Assembly (NCBI GenBank): GCA_021827955.1
Contig: JAKATY010000063.1
Location: forward strand, 1-26,403
From: Candidatus Micrarchaeota archaeon
GTDB lineage: Archaea; Micrarchaeota; Micrarchaeia; Micrarchaeales; Micrarchaeaceae
Direction of reading: 5' to 3'
DNA: 26,403 nucleotides
In this document: piece after piece, positions 23,871 to 26,403 of the stretch
Position numbering within the stretch: the first letter of the stretch is position 1
How the letters are laid out: every line of letters starts with the position of its first letter
Position numbers and translations under genes: made by a program
Notes under the pieces: model-generated
The model's input: only the letters and a program-made list of their open reading frames with translations
Databases searched by the model: none
Told to the model about the DNA's origin: nothing

Positions 23871-23991
23871 GTGAACCAACATATCTAGGATATTTCAAAA
23901 TGGCACAATGAGATACATATTGTTAGGATACCCATCTTTATTTATTCTTTTTGCTGGTACTTTTTCGATGCGCATGCTTGCTTCTCTGCGA

Positions 23992-25638
23992 TCATTCTCT
24001 TGCCGCTTCGAGGATGTACTTGCCTCCCCTGAGCGCCGAGAATATCGCGCTTGCTGCTGCCATCGCCGCAGCGATATACAATGCATATGCCATACCTTTC
24101 ATGAACGACGGCGCCAACGCGTAAGGCAAAAACGAGGCCGTGCTGATATGGACTGTGCTTGATGTCGTGCTTCCGTTCAGCATAGAAGCAAGAGGATCAA
24201 CCCCTATGAAGGATGCGAACAGCAAGCCCGAAGGCGACAGTTTGGACAGCTGCATCGCAATATTTTGGCTCAGGCCTGCCGAGACCGCCCTGCTGTACAT
24301 GGAGCCTGGAAGATAGATTGTGAATATTGTTATCAATATTGTAAAGAACAGTACCATGCTTATTGTCTGGCCTATGTTTTGCAGCGTGATCCTGACTCCG
24401 TTTCCGGAGGCCCTGTCGCTTTTGGGCACGGAATCCATTATTGCAGTAGTATTTGGAGAGGCAAACATGCCAGAGCCTATTCCGCTTATGAAAAGTATAA
24501 TCTCGAAAAACAGCGGATTGAAGTTGTAGTTCAGCATCGCGAGCAGGAGAAGTGATATAGTGAATATTATCATGCCCGCAGTGGCGAATGGCCTTGCGCC
24601 ATACCTATCGGTAAGGAAGCCGCTCACAGGAGCAAGCAAAACAGTGCCCGCCATGATCGGAATCATGTAAAGCGCAGCGATGAAAGGCGCGTTTGCGTAG
24701 CTGATTCCGTGAAGGGGGAGGTATATGCCCTGCAGCCATATGACAACGAGGAACATCACCGCGCCTCTTCCGAGGGAGGCGAGTGTAGCCGCGAGGTTCC
24801 CGAAGAGGAATGCCTTGAGCTTGAACAGGTGCGGTGCAAGCATCGGTGCCTTTGCTTTGATCTCGATGTAGGCGAAAATCAGTATCAGTGCCGTGCCTAT
24901 GATAAGACCGGAGATTACGAACGGGCTTTTCCAGCCCATAGGGTTTGCAGAATATGGTATAAGGGTATATGTTAGCGCAAGGGAGAGCAGCACCAGCCCT
25001 AGCACAAGCGTTATGTTGCCCCAATAATCCATCTTCACTTTGATCAGCGCAGAAGTTTCCTTTAGCTTGAACATCGCCCACACTGTGCCTGCTACCGCGA
25101 ACGGAACGCTGAAAAGGAATATCATGTGCCAGTCATAAATAGAAAGCAGGCCTCCAAGGATCAGGCCCAGCACGGATCCGGTAATGAATGAGACCTGGTT
25201 TATGCCAAGCGCCTTTCCGCGCTCCTCTACCGGAAACGCGTCAGTTATCAGCGCGGCGCCGTTTACCATGAGCAGGCCTCCTCCGACCGCCTGCACGAGC
25301 CTTATGCCTATCAGTGCGAATGCTCCGCTATTGCCGCTGTTGCTGGGTATCACTGAGAGCAATATCGAGCACGCGGTAAATATCAGAAAGCCGTAGATGT
25401 AGAGCTTCACCCTGCCGTACATGTCTGAGAGCCTGCCGAATGTCACAAGCAACGTTGCCGTGACTATGCTGTATCCCATTAGTACCCACAGGAGCACGGC
25501 AATCTCTCCAGGAGCAAGCGGATTTATGCTGAGCCCGCGAAATATTGCCGGCAAAGAGATAAGCACGATGGTCATGTTTATAGAAGACATCAGTCCGCTA
25601 AGCGTCGTGTTTGTAAGCACGGTCCACTTATACTGCAT
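23992..25638 (-). CDS. MFS transporter, DHA2-like (14 TMS)
   Basis: MFS motif A FGRLSDMYGR, RLVQAVGGG, ERGKALG, GFLTDRYGAR, many hydrophobic segments. Probable start MQYKW at 25638 (track 25677). Confidence 0.9.
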   Translation of the reverse strand: MQYKWTVLTNTTLSGLMSSINMTIVLISLPAIFRGLSINPLAPGEIAVLLWVLMGYSIVTATLLVTFGRLSDMYGRVKLYIYGFLIFTACSILLSVIPSNSGNSGAFALIGIRLVQAVGGGLLMVNGAALITDAFPVEERGKALGINQVSFITGSVLGLILGGLLSIYDWHMIFLFSVPFAVAGTVWAMFKLKETSALIKVKMDYWGNITLVLGLVLLSLALTYTLIPYSANPMGWKSPFVISGLIIGTALILIFAYIEIKAKAPMLAPHLFKLKAFLFGNLAATLASLGRGAVMFLVVIWLQGIYLPLHGISYANAPFIAALYMIPIMAGTVLLAPVSGFLTDRYGARPFATAGMIIFTISLLLLAMLNYNFNPLFFEIILFISGIGSGMFASPNTTAIMDSVPKSDRASGNGVRITLQNIGQTISMVLFFTILITIFTIYLPGSMYSRAVSAGLSQNIAMQLSKLSPSGLLFASFIGVDPLASMLNGSTTSSTVHISTASFLPYALAPSFMKGMAYALYIAAAMAAASAIFSALRGGKYILEAARE

Positions 25639-25775
25639 CACATCGCCTTTTCTACGCGCATTGAGACAAGGGAGCACCTATATGCTCTTAGATCGTAAAA
25701 TAAGTTTAATTGTGCAATCAAAAATATAAATGCATTTAAGCCCGGCATTGCACTATCCTGCCGCACGTTCAGGCC

Positions 25776-25996
25776 CTCTACAGCTTCTTCTCGGCTGTGC
25801 CCTCTTGTGCGTGCAGCGCGCCTTGATCGCCATGTTCTGCAAGGCGGGAGTTTCTCTACATAAAGCTCTACATGGACGGCTATAATATTGCTGTGCAGTA
25901 GTCCTTCGTGAAAAAGGCTGTTTTGAGGGTTTCCATCGAGACTTTTCTCTACATCAATTGCCAAGTTCATGTAGAGAACTTTGTGGCATGTAGAGA
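25776..25996. repeat. Cluster of CTCTACAT direct and inverted repeats, including a 10-bp perfect inverted repeat
   Basis: Plus-strand copies at 25854, 25866 and 25947, a 7/8 copy at 25776, and reverse copies at 25969 and 25988. TTCTCTACAT(25945-54)-14 nt-ATGTAGAGAA(25969-78). Confidence 0.85.
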
Positions 25997-26013
25997 CGCG
26001 GTTATTGCGGCAA

Positions 26014-26022
26014 TTATTTAAG
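26014..26022 (+). promoter_or_regulatory. TATA-like box of the toxin-antitoxin operon
   Basis: TTATTTAAG ending about 23 nt before ATG 26045, consistent with a leaderless transcript. Confidence 0.45.
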
Positions 26023-26044
26023 CTTTGAATTCGTTATGCTAACC

Positions 26045-26281
26045 ATGAATATAAAGTTCACCACACACTCCTTGGAGCGCATGCGCAAATACGGCGTGGA
26101 TAAGGCAATGGTGGAAAAGACGCTTGATGCTCCTGACTCAGTTACCAAAGGCCACACGGAGCGCAGGATATACCAGAGGAGGCTAAACGGCCACGTCCTC
26201 CGTGTCATTGTAGAAGAGCATAAAAGCTTTCTAGTTGTAATTACCACATACAAAGCAAGAAGTGTTCGATATGATATATAA
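26045..26281 (+). CDS. DUF4258-family (RelE/BrnT-like) putative ribonuclease toxin
   Basis: KFTTHSLERM...V...L..PD...RRIY...LRVIV...VVITTY pattern. Start is 26045 or 26036. Confidence 0.8.
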   Translation: MNIKFTTHSLERMRKYGVDKAMVEKTLDAPDSVTKGHTERRIYQRRLNGHVLRVIVEEHKSFLVVITTYKARSVRYDI

Positions 26282-26403
26282 ATATGATCCGAAAACCGAC
26301 ATCCTAGTTCTAATCCTAGGTAAGGGCAGGCTTGACTTCGGCGAGCAGAAGGAGAATATCATAACTCACTACGACAAGAAGGGCAAACCGCTCGAAATCG
26401 AGA
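26271..26403 (+). CDS. DUF2283-family putative antitoxin, 3' partial (not in the ORF track)
   Basis: Hand translation MIYKYDPKTDILVLILGKGRLDFGEQKENIITHYDKKGKPLEIE..., matching YDxxxDxLxI...YDxxGxxxxIEI. Overlaps the toxin stop by 11 nt. Confidence 0.8.
   Translation, partial: MIYKYDPKTDILVLILGKGRLDFGEQKENIITHYDKKGKPLEIE

Noticed and set aside
25945-25978. TCTAC...GTAGA hairpin resembling a Cas12a-type CRISPR repeat
   Set aside because: No regularly spaced repeat-spacer array, stem and loop sizes differ, and there are no cas genes.
25830-25990. Tyrosine recombinase fragment (RREFLYIKLYMDG...LRVSIE) on the plus strand
   Set aside because: Interrupted by stops, wrong spacing between the supposed box I halves, and no HxxR or Tyr motifs.
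1-26403. Genome-wide UGA reassignment suggested by in-frame TGA junctions
   Set aside because: TGA stops fall at the expected C-termini of conserved proteins (ProRS, DHS, EF-2, uS12, SMC) and no conserved gene is split internally.

Overview
Gene-dense archaeal chromosomal window read with the standard genetic code. It is most likely from a DPANN archaeon of the Micrarchaeota/ARMAN type; this is an inference from the 'AQSAMEYLMTYGWA' prepilin-LamG protein, the S7 insert and the divergent ribosomal proteins. Left to right: phospho/diphosphomevalonate decarboxylase (5' partial) and isopentenyl phosphate kinase; carbamate kinase; HAD phosphatase, proline dehydrogenase and ProRS abutting in one frame; a twin-Cx3C hypothetical; tRNA-Gln(UUG); deoxyhypusine synthase; FtsZ; a minus-strand translation cluster rpl30e-rps12-rps7-EF2-rpl7ae-rps28e-rpl24e (L24e is absent from the ORF track); a small-ORF/stand-alone RAM-domain unit; a prepilin-LamG surface protein; signal peptidase I; SMC; M50 protease; metallophosphoesterase; Rpo6; geranylgeranyl reductase; an MFS transporter; and a DUF4258/DUF2283 toxin-antitoxin pair cut by the right edge. 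I found no CRISPR array, rRNA, transposase or convincing integrase. The best leads are (1) a mosaic LamG adhesin whose central cassette has sharply different codon usage, (2) a k-turn-like element over the ribosome-binding site of rpl7ae, (3) substitutions at normally invariant positions of EF-2 and uS12, with a truncated L24e, (4) a cluster of CTCTACAT direct and inverted repeats ahead of the TA pair, and (5) an unannotated RAM-domain/small-protein unit. All family calls are from motif recognition by eye; no database searches were run.
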